Shown here piece by piece: positions 38,031 through 47,167 of a stretch of DNA of 64,000 bases. How positions within the stretch are numbered: the stretch's first letter is position 1; every line of letters starts with the position of its first letter. The DNA is from Myxococcales bacterium. GTDB lineage: Bacteria; Myxococcota_A; UBA9042; JABWCM01; BTVJ01. Position numbers and translations under genes: made by a program. A model generated the notes under the pieces. That model saw nothing but the letters and a program-made list of their open reading frames with translations, was not told where the DNA came from and made no database searches. The DNA lies in contig BTVJ01000004.1 in NCBI GenBank assembly GCA_045863395.1, positions 128,001 through 192,000 on the forward strand. Reading direction: 5' to 3'.

Positions 38031-39557
38031 ATGAAACGCACGCTCCCCCTCCTGCTGGTCGCGCTCGTCGCGTGTGCCGCCGAGGAAGAAGCCGCGCTCG
38101 GTGGCGCCGACGCCTCCGACGCGACGGGCACCCTGGGCCGGACCCCGTTCGGCGGCTTCGACGGCTCCATGGGCACGGTGGACGTGGATGGGGGAGGCTC
38201 CCCGGACGTGGCATCCGTGGACACGGTTGTCCCGCCCCCGGATGCAGGAGGCGGGGAGTCCGACACCGGGGGAGCGGCACCCGACGCCGGCCCGGGCCCG
38301 GACGTCGGGGGGGTGGACGCCGCGGCGGACGCGGGCCCCGCCCTGCCCTTCACCTACTCGTGGGACGGGAGCTGGGAGCCTACCGCCGCCGACTTCCCGA
38401 TGGCGGGCCTGCTGGACGACGAGTACTTCGACGGGCACACCACCTGGGACGGCACGGTCTCGACGGTCCTTCCGCCTGGGTCCTGGGACTGGAACGACGC
38501 CACTGACGACTACGCCAACTACCGCAACTTCGAGGCGTCCATCGGCACCTTCGAGATGTTGGTCGACCCCTGGGGCAACCACTACGGCTGGACGGTGGTG
38601 GGAAATACGCCGGAGGCCATCGACTTTTCCGGGGCGGCCGCCTACTGGGAGGGGAGCCCGGGCGTGGAGCGGCTGAACCTGGGGCCTGGCGGGCTCCTGC
38701 ACAGCTACACGAGCGGAAATCTCGGGGACGGACCCGACGAGCTGGTCTTCGAGGCGGCCTGGTCCCTGGACTTCAGGACCGGCTCCACGCTGACGGGCTC
38801 GCTGCGAGACAATGATCGGGTCGTCGCCGGCTGCGGCGAGCAGCCCGACGCCAGCTACCCGATCTTCTCGTGCTCCATCCACACGGGCCCGGGCACCGAC
38901 CTGGTCTTTGCGCGCGACATGAAGGGCGCGGCCGTGGACCTTGGCAACGGCGACCACGGAAGGACGGACACCCTCGACCCCACCGACGGGGACGACGTGG
39001 TCGTGCTGCGGGGGAACATGCGCGACTTCCGCGTGTTCGGCGGCATGGGGGACGACACCTTCTTCTGGTTCGCGGACGAGGGGAAGGAGTCCATCGCCTT
39101 CTTCGGCCCCAACTTCTTCGGCGGCGGCGGCGCCGGCGAGGCGCTGTGGGGGGACCCGGGCACGGATCGCCTGGTGTTCGCGATCCCCACGGACACGCCC
39201 ATCGTGCAGAGCTTCCAGGGACCCACCGGAAAAGGGACGCTCCGGGTCTGGAGCCTGGCGGACTACAAGAGCGAGATCTGGTGGGACGCGCCGGTGGACC
39301 ACGACCCCTACGCGAAGTACTGCATCACGTGTGGGTTCGGCCCCGCCGGGGAGCGGACCGTCACCTTCGAGTACATCTCCAACAACGATGTGGTGCACAC
39401 GGGCTACTTCTGGGTGACCGCCGTGGAGGAGATCCAGATCGGGCTCGGGCCCGGCGCCAAGGTCTTTGCGCTCGACTCCAAGACGGCCACGCTGACGCCA
39501 CTCCCGGGGGCGGTGGTGGCCGAGCCGCCGCCCTTCCCCGCCGGGGTCTGCGACTGA
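38031..39557 (+). CDS. Hypothetical lipoprotein with RTX-like Gly/Asp turns
   Basis: LVAC lipobox; DAG-rich linker; GDGPD, GPGTD, GGMGDD, GDPGTD motifs. Confidence 0.7.
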   Translation: MKRTLPLLLVALVACAAEEEAALGGADASDATGTLGRTPFGGFDGSMGTVDVDGGGSPDVASVDTVVPPPDAGGGESDTGGAAPDAGPGPDVGGVDAAADAGPALPFTYSWDGSWEPTAADFPMAGLLDDEYFDGHTTWDGTVSTVLPPGSWDWNDATDDYANYRNFEASIGTFEMLVDPWGNHYGWTVVGNTPEAIDFSGAAAYWEGSPGVERLNLGPGGLLHSYTSGNLGDGPDELVFEAAWSLDFRTGSTLTGSLRDNDRVVAGCGEQPDASYPIFSCSIHTGPGTDLVFARDMKGAAVDLGNGDHGRTDTLDPTDGDDVVVLRGNMRDFRVFGGMGDDTFFWFADEGKESIAFFGPNFFGGGGAGEALWGDPGTDRLVFAIPTDTPIVQSFQGPTGKGTLRVWSLADYKSEIWWDAPVDHDPYAKYCITCGFGPAGERTVTFEYISNNDVVHTGYFWVTAVEEIQIGLGPGAKVFALDSKTATLTPLPGAVVAEPPPFPAGVCD

Positions 39558-39564
39558 GCCGCCC

Positions 39565-42498
39565 ATGATCGTGCTCCACGCTGCCCCGGTGGGGGATGTG
39601 CTCCTCTGGTGGGGGGAGAGGTCCGCAGCGGTGGGGGCGCGGTGGGCGGAGGGGGAGCCCCACCCGTCCTGTGTCCCGATCAGCGAGCCTCTCGGGGACT
39701 GGGCCAGCGGCGCGCAGGGCCGGGATGTGGTCGGGTGGCTCCCCTGCGCAGCGATCCCACTCCCGTCGACGCCGCTGCTGGGGGAGGTGGGTGGAGCCGT
39801 GCGCACCGCGCCGGTCCGCATCGCGGGCCTCGTGCTGGACCCGGCGGCGGAGCGGGAGCTGCTCACCCGTGATCGCACGGTGAGCGCCGGACCGCCGGTG
39901 GTGCTCGCAGGCCCGGAGGTCGGTGTCTGGGCCGGAGCCGCGCGGCTCGCCTCGTCCCTCGTGGCGCGACAGCGGATGCTGCCCTCCCTCCGGCGGGAGC
40001 CTTGGCGCGCGGTCTGGGAGCCGGTGCCCACCGCGGCGGACGCCGAGGTGATCGCAGCGCTGGCGGCCGCGCTCCCTGCGGGGGGCCGGTGCATCCCGCC
40101 CCACCCCTCTGCACGCGACGCAGTGATGGCGGTGGTGGGGCGACACGTGGACGCCCTCGCCCGGGAGGAGCGGCCCCGAGTGGCCCCAGGGGGGTCCACC
40201 CACGCCCGGTGGGCCATGGCGCTGCGTGGGCCCGCGGACCCGGCGGCGCTCGCCGATGTTCCCGAGCGGGAGCTGGTCGCGCTCGAGGCGGCCCTCCGCG
40301 ACTGGCGTGCCCCCCTGGATCTCGGGGAGGCGGCACCCTGGCGCCTCGCCCTGCGCCTGGAGGAGCCGTCCCGGGAGCAGGGGTGGACCCTGCGCCCGCT
40401 GCTGTGCCCCACCGACGACCCGAGCCTGCTGGTGGGGGTGGACGCGCCCTTCTCCGCGGCGACGGACTCCGCGGTCCTCCGCGCCCTGGCCCGGCCTGGG
40501 GCAGATCTGCGCGCCTTCGCCCTGGTCGCCCTGTCCCGGGCGGCGGCGGCGGCGCCGGTGCTGGCCGCCGCCTTCCGCGCCAGCCCGCCGCGGCCCGTGG
40601 CGCTGGACGCAGCGGACGCCTTCACGTTCCTCACGGAGACGGCGCTGCTGCTGGAGGCCGCGGGCTTCGTCGTGCTGCTGCCGTCATGGTTCACGGGCGC
40701 AGGCCGGCGCCTGACCGTGCGCGCCCAGGCCGAGGCCCCAACCATGAAGGCGTCCGCCGGGCTGCACATGGGGGCCGTCGTCCACGTGAACTGGCAGCTC
40801 GCGCTGGGCGACGAGGTGCTCACGCCCGGCGAGCTGGAGGAGCTGGCCGCCCTGAAGGCCCCGCTCGTGCGCCTGCGCGGCCAGTGGACGGTGGTGGACC
40901 CGGACCGCGTGCGGCAGGTGGTGGAGCGCTGGGGCCGCGGCGAGACGACGGTGCGCGAGCTGGCGCGGGCCGCCATCGGGGCAACCCCCGTGGCTGGGCT
41001 CCCGGTCTCGGGCGTGGACGCGACCGGAGCTCTCGGGGAGCTGCTCGACCGCCTGCTGGGCCGGTCTCCCGTGCCGGAGCTGCCACCGCCGACCGGCTTC
41101 CACGGGGCGCTCCGGCCATACCAATCTCGCGGGCTCGCGTGGCTCGCGTACCTGACGGACCTGGGCCTCGGCGCGTGCCTCGCCGACGACATGGGGCTCG
41201 GCAAGACGGTGCAGACCCTGGCGCTGGTGCTGCGGTCCCACCTCGCGGACCCGCGCCCGGTGTTGCTCGTGTGCCCGACATCGCTCCTCGCCAACTGGCA
41301 GCGGGAGGCGGCGCGCTTCGCGCCGTCGCTCCCCGTGCGCGTCTACCATGGCGCCGGGCGCGCCCTCCCCCAAGGCGGCCTCGCCCTGACGAGCTACGGG
41401 CTGTTGCTGCGGGACGTCGAGACCCTGCGGCGCGTGGAGTGGGCGGGCCTCGTGCTCGACGAGGCGCAGAACGTCAAGAACGCCGCCACGCGCCAGGCGC
41501 GGGCCGCGCGGGCCTTGCGGGCGTCGTGGCGGGTGGCGCTCACCGGGACGCCCGTCGAGAACCACGCGGGGGATCTCTGGAGCCTCCTCGACCTGCTCAA
41601 CCCGGGCCTGCTGGGGTCGGCGGCGTCCTTCCAGCGCACCTTCTTCGACCCGATCCAGGGGGGCGACAAGGAGGCGGCGGCCCGGCTCCGGCGCCTGACC
41701 GCCCCCTTCGTGCTGCGGCGCCTCAAGACCGACCCGGGCGTGGCCCCCGATCTGCCCCGCCGCCTCGTCACCACCGTCGCCTGCACCCTGACGCGGGAGC
41801 AGGCGACCCTGTACGAAGCGGTCCTCTCGGAGGCGAGGGCGGCGCTGGCCGAGGCGGAGGGCATGAAGCGCAAGGGGGTGGTCCTCTCGACGATCACGCG
41901 GCTCAAGCAGGTGTGCAACCACCCGGCCCAGCTCCTGCGGGACGGGTCCGCGGCGGCGGGGCGCTCCGGCAAGCTGGAGCGGGCGACGGAGATCCTGGCC
42001 GAGGTGGTCGACAGCGGGGGCGCGGCCCTGGTCTTCACCCAGTACGCCGAGATGGGGCGGCTCCTCGGGCGCCACCTGCGCGAGGCGCTCGGGCTGGAGG
42101 CGCCGTTCCTCCACGGGGGACTGCCCCGCGACCAGCGGGACGCCATGGTGGAGCGCTTCCAGGCGGGAGGCCCACCCGTCCTCATCCTGTCGCTCAAGGC
42201 GGGCGGCACGGGCCTCAACCTGACCCGCGCCAACCACGTGCTCCACTATGACCGGTGGTGGAACCCGGCCGTGGAGGGCCAGGCCAGCGACCGGGCGTGG
42301 CGCATCGGGCAGCGGCGGCAGGTCCTGGTCCACACGCTGGTCTGCGCCGGCACCTTCGAGGAGCGCATCGACGCGCTGCTCGCACGCAAGCGCCGCGTGG
42401 CCACGCAGCTCGTCGGCGCGGGCGAGGCCTGGCTGACGGAGCTCGGCGACGATGAGCTCCAGGAGCTGCTCGCGCTGCGGAAGGAGAGCGATGGCTGA
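39565..42498 (+). CDS. SNF2-family helicase/ATPase
   Basis: LADDMGLGKT, DEAQ, LTGTPVEN, LKAGGTGLNL, WWNPAVE.QA.DR..RIGQ. Confidence 0.95.
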   Translation: MIVLHAAPVGDVLLWWGERSAAVGARWAEGEPHPSCVPISEPLGDWASGAQGRDVVGWLPCAAIPLPSTPLLGEVGGAVRTAPVRIAGLVLDPAAERELLTRDRTVSAGPPVVLAGPEVGVWAGAARLASSLVARQRMLPSLRREPWRAVWEPVPTAADAEVIAALAAALPAGGRCIPPHPSARDAVMAVVGRHVDALAREERPRVAPGGSTHARWAMALRGPADPAALADVPERELVALEAALRDWRAPLDLGEAAPWRLALRLEEPSREQGWTLRPLLCPTDDPSLLVGVDAPFSAATDSAVLRALARPGADLRAFALVALSRAAAAAPVLAAAFRASPPRPVALDAADAFTFLTETALLLEAAGFVVLLPSWFTGAGRRLTVRAQAEAPTMKASAGLHMGAVVHVNWQLALGDEVLTPGELEELAALKAPLVRLRGQWTVVDPDRVRQVVERWGRGETTVRELARAAIGATPVAGLPVSGVDATGALGELLDRLLGRSPVPELPPPTGFHGALRPYQSRGLAWLAYLTDLGLGACLADDMGLGKTVQTLALVLRSHLADPRPVLLVCPTSLLANWQREAARFAPSLPVRVYHGAGRALPQGGLALTSYGLLLRDVETLRRVEWAGLVLDEAQNVKNAATRQARAARALRASWRVALTGTPVENHAGDLWSLLDLLNPGLLGSAASFQRTFFDPIQGGDKEAAARLRRLTAPFVLRRLKTDPGVAPDLPRRLVTTVACTLTREQATLYEAVLSEARAALAEAEGMKRKGVVLSTITRLKQVCNHPAQLLRDGSAAAGRSGKLERATEILAEVVDSGGAALVFTQYAEMGRLLGRHLREALGLEAPFLHGGLPRDQRDAMVERFQAGGPPVLILSLKAGGTGLNLTRANHVLHYDRWWNPAVEGQASDRAWRIGQRRQVLVHTLVCAGTFEERIDALLARKRRVATQLVGAGEAWLTELGDDELQELLALRKESDG

Positions 42499-43315
42499 GC
42501 CGACCACAGGAGTCCAGGCGCGCTCGAAGCGCGGCGCCATGGGCGCGGCGTGGTGGTCACGGCGCTTCACCGAGGCGCTTGCCGCGCTGGACCCGGGCGG
42601 CAGGCTCCGCCGAGGGCGGGCCGCTGCGCGCAGGGGCGAGGTGGAGTCCGTCGAGGTCACGTCGGGGCGAGTCCGCGCAGTCGTAAAGGACACGGAGCCG
42701 CGGGAGGTCACCATCGGCTTCTCGGTCTTCGACGAGGGCACCTGGACGGAGGTGGGCGAGGCCCTCCGCGCGCGCCCGCTCCTCGCCGCGCGCCTGCTCG
42801 CAGGAGAGGTGCCGGAGGAGATCGAAGGGGTCTTCGCGGCGGCGGAGGCGGCGCTGTTTCCCGCGCGCATGTCCGACCTGAAGCTCGCCTGCTCCTGCCC
42901 GGACTGGGACATGCCCTGCGCCCACGTGGCCGCCGTCTTTGCGCTGGTGGCCGAGCGCCTGGACGCGGACCCCTTCCTGCTGCTGGCGCTGCGCGGCGGG
43001 ACGCGGGAGCGGCTGGCGGGGCTGCTCGTGGAGGGGGCGGGCGAACCCGTCGCGGAGAGCCCGCCGGCCGACCCAGACACGCCGCTGGGGGGCACCCTCG
43101 TCGACCCGGTGGCGTTCTGGGCGGTCGGCCCCCTCCCGCTCATCCCGGTCGCAGCGCAACCCCCCACGGAGCTCCCGCTGCTGCGGGCGCTGGGCCCCCT
43201 CCCGTTCTGGAGCGCCGCCCCTCTCCTGGAGCTGCTGGCGCGCAGCCCCGGTGAGCCCGCCGCGCCGTCCGACGAAACGCGCCCCTGTCTGCTTGGCGTT
43301 GGCCCCATTTCGTGA
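42491..43315 (+). CDS. SWIM zinc-finger protein
   Basis: CSCPDWDMPCAH; DPFLLLALRG; overlaps the SNF2 stop. Confidence 0.9.
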   Translation: MAEPTTGVQARSKRGAMGAAWWSRRFTEALAALDPGGRLRRGRAAARRGEVESVEVTSGRVRAVVKDTEPREVTIGFSVFDEGTWTEVGEALRARPLLAARLLAGEVPEEIEGVFAAAEAALFPARMSDLKLACSCPDWDMPCAHVAAVFALVAERLDADPFLLLALRGGTRERLAGLLVEGAGEPVAESPPADPDTPLGGTLVDPVAFWAVGPLPLIPVAAQPPTELPLLRALGPLPFWSAAPLLELLARSPGEPAAPSDETRPCLLGVGPIS

Positions 43316-43436
43316 TAGCTCCACGGCCGAACGAGATGCGCTCCGCTCCGGTGGACCTCCCGCGGGGTGCGGGGACGGTCACTCCCGGCGCCAGCGACGC
43401 GCACCCGATGGACCGCGTGACACCACGGAGGAGCCC

Positions 43437-44735
43437 ATGCATTCGAGACTGATCGCGGCGCTGCTGTTCCTGGGGTTCCTGCCCACCGCCGCAGCACAGA
43501 TCCCCAACCCGAGCCTCCACATCGGCGTGTTCGGCGGCTATCACCTCCTCGACAGCGACGCGGACTTCGGTGACCACGACCTCGTGCCCCTGCGAAAGCT
43601 CGAGAGCGGCCCCGACTTCGGCGTCCGCCTCGGGCTCAACATCACCTGGCTGGTGGGGGTCGAGGTGGAGTTCGAGGACGCCATCGTCGAGAACACGGTC
43701 ACGGGCGACTCCGTTCACCTCCTGAGCGGCAAGGCCCTCGCGGTGTTTCACTGGCTGGAGCACAGCGAGGTCGTCCTGCCCTTCGCCCTCGCCGGCGTGG
43801 GCTTCTACCGCCTCCTCGCCGACGACCCCGGCAACGACGTCGACTTCTTCTTCACCTACGGCGTCGGCGTGAAGTTCATGCTCGCCGACGAGGTCGCCTT
43901 CCGCATCCAGGTCAACCACCTCCTCGACGGCGACGCCCTGGAGGGGGAGGTCGCCAACAACTTCGACGTCACGGGCGGCTTCGACTTCTTCGCGTGGGGC
44001 GGCCGCGAGGAGCCGCCACCGCCACCCCCGGATCGCGACGGGGATGGCCTCCTCGACTCGGAGGACCGCTGCCCCGACGACGCGGGCCTCATCGCGTACC
44101 GCGGGTGCCCGGATCGGGACAAGGACGGCATCGCGGACATCGACGACCAGTGCCCCTACGAGCCCGGCGTGCAGTCGCTGCAGGGCTGCCCGGACACCGA
44201 CGGCGACGGCATCGCCGACTCCAAGGACAAGTGCCCGAAGCAGCCGGGGCTGGTCGAGTACGACGGCTGCCCCGACACCGACGGCGACACGATCCCGGAC
44301 CCGCAGGACAAGTGCCCGCAGACCCCGGGCGTCCCCGAGGAGCAGGGCTGCCCCGCAAAGCCGAAGGAGGAGGTCCTGAAGAAGTTCAGCGGCGCCATCC
44401 GCGGCATCCAGTTCGACACGGGCAAGGCGACCATCCGCAAGCAGAGCTTCCCGACGCTGGACGAGGCGGTCCAGGTGCTCGCGGAGTTCCCGCTCATCAC
44501 GCTGATCGTCGAGGGCCACACCGACGACCGGGGCAGCGACGTCAAGAACCTGAAGCTGAGCCAGGACCGCGCAGACTCGGTGAAGCAGTACTTCGTGGCG
44601 AAGGGCATCGCCGCGGACCGCCTCACGGCCATCGGCTACGGCGAGACCAAGCCCGTAGCGCCGAACAAGACGGAGGCGGGGCGCCAGGAGAACCGCCGCA
44701 TCGAGTTCAAGCTGATCCAGCCCAACATCCCGTAG
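43437..44735 (+). CDS. OmpA family protein (beta-barrel + TSP3-like repeats + OmpA C-domain)
   Basis: Signal peptide; DxDGDG..D.CP repeats; IQFDTGKA, EGHTD, NLKLSQDRA, GYGE, NRRIEF. Confidence 0.93.
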   Translation: MHSRLIAALLFLGFLPTAAAQIPNPSLHIGVFGGYHLLDSDADFGDHDLVPLRKLESGPDFGVRLGLNITWLVGVEVEFEDAIVENTVTGDSVHLLSGKALAVFHWLEHSEVVLPFALAGVGFYRLLADDPGNDVDFFFTYGVGVKFMLADEVAFRIQVNHLLDGDALEGEVANNFDVTGGFDFFAWGGREEPPPPPPDRDGDGLLDSEDRCPDDAGLIAYRGCPDRDKDGIADIDDQCPYEPGVQSLQGCPDTDGDGIADSKDKCPKQPGLVEYDGCPDTDGDTIPDPQDKCPQTPGVPEEQGCPAKPKEEVLKKFSGAIRGIQFDTGKATIRKQSFPTLDEAVQVLAEFPLITLIVEGHTDDRGSDVKNLKLSQDRADSVKQYFVAKGIAADRLTAIGYGETKPVAPNKTEAGRQENRRIEFKLIQPNIP

Positions 44736-44762
44736 GCGCCGGCCGCAGGCGCTGGCCGCAGC

Positions 44763-46268
44763 TCAGGCCGACGGATCGACGACCCGCCCCAGGAACAGCA
44801 CGGTGCCCGTCTTCAGGTCGCGGATGAAGAACAGGAACGGGTGGTCGATGTGGACCGGCTTCGGGACGCCGCCGCCCGCGACGATGACGGCGGTCGCCGC
44901 GGCTGCCTCCGTCCCCGCCTCGTTCACCTTCACGAAGGCCTTGTGGATGACCTCGCTGATGAACAGCTCCTTGGTCCCGTCCATCGGGGACAGATCGGCG
45001 GTGCCATAGACGAACGCGTCCGTCATTCCCATCCCCTTCAGGGTGTCTGCGAGGAGGGCCTCGGTGGACAGCTCGAAGCGCGGCATGGACAGGGCGATGG
45101 ACTCGGTCTGGAGGCTCGCGAGGATGCCCTCGATGGTGGCTGGGGTGAGGCCCTGCTCGAACGTCTCGAAGTTCGTCGGCTCCACGATGACCATGGAGAG
45201 CTCCTCGCCGTCGTACGGCAGCTCGACGGCCAGATAGTCGGCGCCCTCGGCGATGGGGAAGCTCTCGGCCTGCACCATCACCTTGGCGTCGACCGTCGAC
45301 CCGTCGAGGCGGTGGAACTGGCCGTCGCTCGTGTACTGCTCGTCGAACTTCGACTTCCACGCCGCGTTGAAGTAGACGGCGTTCGTGAGCACGAGCCGCG
45401 TGTCCGCCGTGATCAGGCCGGCCGGGATCAGCTCGGGGATGCGGTCCTCGGTCATCTCGGCGACCCAGCCGTTGATGATCACGCGCGCCGCCTCGGCGTC
45501 CGCCATGAAGTCGAGCAGGGTCATACCCGCGCCGTAGTTCAGCGCGAGGGTGTCCAGGAACCCGTCGAGGAAGCCGTAGCCCGTCTGGCCCCAGATCGCG
45601 TTGACCACGTGCAGGCGAAACTCCTCGCCGTCGGCGCCCTGGGCGCCCTCACCGCGGCTGTTCAGCTCGAGGTCCAGCCAGTTGAACGCCTGGTGGAGCG
45701 TCGCCGGGGGCAGGTCGAAGTGCATGGTGCTCGCGATCTGGCTCGCCGTCTCGCCGGCGGTGCCCGCGTAGGTCATGGCGAGCGCCACCGAGATGCTCGT
45801 GGGGGAGAAGAACAGGTTGCCGGGCTCCTTGCCGAGCTGGTGGTACAGGTCGAGGGCGAACGCGGTGTTGCCGGCGACCAGGGCCTCCTGGTCGGCGGTC
45901 GCGACCTCCGGCGAGAGCTCCCGGGCCAGGCTCGACTTGACGGTGGTCATGCCGCTCGTCGTGTCCGCGCTCGTGTCCGCACCCGCCTGCGCATCGACCG
46001 TGGTGGACGTGTCGTCCGTCCCCGCGGTGTCCTCGGTCCCCGCGGTGTCCTCCGTCGCCGCCACGTCATCCGCGACCGAGACGTCCGCCCCCACCGCGTC
46101 CTCCGCCCCCGCCGTGTCGGCGGCGCCGGTGTCTGCGATCACGGCGGCGTCGGACTCCGCGGTCGTGTCCCCGGCCGCAGAGCCACCCGAGTCATTGTCG
46201 CACCCGGTGCTCAGGGCGATGGCGGCAAGGACCGCAGGAAGGAGGCGGGCTGTGAATCTCGTGGTCAT
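44763..46268 (-). CDS. Serpin family lipoprotein
   Basis: STGC lipobox-like; NLFFSPTSI, LTNAVYFNAAW, hinge EAGTEAAAAT, DHPFLFFIRD, LFLGRV. Confidence 0.95.
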   Translation of the reverse strand: MTTRFTARLLPAVLAAIALSTGCDNDSGGSAAGDTTAESDAAVIADTGAADTAGAEDAVGADVSVADDVAATEDTAGTEDTAGTDDTSTTVDAQAGADTSADTTSGMTTVKSSLARELSPEVATADQEALVAGNTAFALDLYHQLGKEPGNLFFSPTSISVALAMTYAGTAGETASQIASTMHFDLPPATLHQAFNWLDLELNSRGEGAQGADGEEFRLHVVNAIWGQTGYGFLDGFLDTLALNYGAGMTLLDFMADAEAARVIINGWVAEMTEDRIPELIPAGLITADTRLVLTNAVYFNAAWKSKFDEQYTSDGQFHRLDGSTVDAKVMVQAESFPIAEGADYLAVELPYDGEELSMVIVEPTNFETFEQGLTPATIEGILASLQTESIALSMPRFELSTEALLADTLKGMGMTDAFVYGTADLSPMDGTKELFISEVIHKAFVKVNEAGTEAAAATAVIVAGGGVPKPVHIDHPFLFFIRDLKTGTVLFLGRVVDPSA

Positions 46269-46331
46269 GGTGGGCTCCTCGGTGGTCGACTTCCGGTAGT
46301 CGTGGTGAGCGTCCGCTCGGCCCGGCGGCCA

Positions 46332-46347
46332 CGCAGGAACCGTGCCA
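46332..46347 (-). promoter_or_regulatory. Putative sigma54 promoter of the serpin gene
   Basis: Minus strand TGGCACGGTTCCTGCG: perfect -24 box, GG-N10-GC spacing. Confidence 0.6.
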
Positions 46348-46540
46348 TGGCACCGCCTCACAGAACCATCCGAGATCACGGCACATCATGGTCGCGCGAC
46401 GACCAGCGTAGCAGCCAAGGGGTCGGCGCAATCACAGCATGGGGAGTATTGCCACACACAGAACAGATGGCGCCAGCGGCCGCTGGTCGGCCGGAGTCGC
46501 GCCGAGCGGTTTGCGCAAGCTTCGTTGCCGCCCCTCGGCG

Positions 46541-47083
46541 TCACCGCAATACGTAGTCACTGCTCCACTGGGGGTCTACCTCGCCGGCGGAGTCATAGAG
46601 CCACGGCATCGCGAGCTTGCGGGGGACGCGGATGGGCGCCGCGGAGGGACGCTCCGTGCCCCACATGTGGTCCCAGAGCGGGCTCGTCACGCCGTGGTTG
46701 CCCTTGACGTCGGTGTAGTGGTGGCGAAAGTGGTGCCGGCGCAGCCACACCCCGTAGGCGGTCTTGGGCGCGTGGGTGTGGGCGCGGCGGTGGAGCCACT
46801 CGTAGGTCAGGTAGAAGCCGACGAAGCCGGCGAGCCAGCTCCCGCCGACGAGGGGACCGGCCACGGCGAGGGCCGGCCAGAGCAGCAGCGCGACGGCCCC
46901 CCCGGCGACCAGCGCCTTCTTCCAGGTCGGTGCGAAGTAGTTGCCCTCCGCGTGGTGGCGGACGTGCTCCTTGCCGAAGGGGTTGCGCACCGCCTTCGGG
47001 CCGTGGCCCGCCCAGCGGTGGATCACGTACTCCATGAGGCTCCAGGTGAGCGCACCGAGGAGCAGGGCTGGCAGCGCGAGCAT
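46541..47083 (-). CDS. Fatty acid hydroxylase / sterol desaturase family protein
   Basis: His boxes EYVIHRWAGH, HVRHH, YEWLHRRAH, HHFRHH; NHGVTSPLWD. Confidence 0.92.
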   Translation of the reverse strand: MLALPALLLGALTWSLMEYVIHRWAGHGPKAVRNPFGKEHVRHHAEGNYFAPTWKKALVAGGAVALLLWPALAVAGPLVGGSWLAGFVGFYLTYEWLHRRAHTHAPKTAYGVWLRRHHFRHHYTDVKGNHGVTSPLWDHMWGTERPSAAPIRVPRKLAMPWLYDSAGEVDPQWSSDYVLR

Positions 47084-47167
47084 GGGGTCCTCCGAGGCGT
47101 TCTGGTCGGTGCTGCCCACCTTAGCACGGCTCGAAGGGCGGTTGGAGCGCCTCCCGCGGGGGCACCG

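Noticed and set aside
39565..43315. SNF2 + SWIM pair as a novel defence system
   Set aside because: A widespread, known gene pairing; no accessory nuclease or methylase nearby.
37935..43497. Long minus-strand ORFs (1119 aa and 937 aa)
   Set aside because: Antisense to the lipoprotein, SNF2 and SWIM genes; low-complexity translation.
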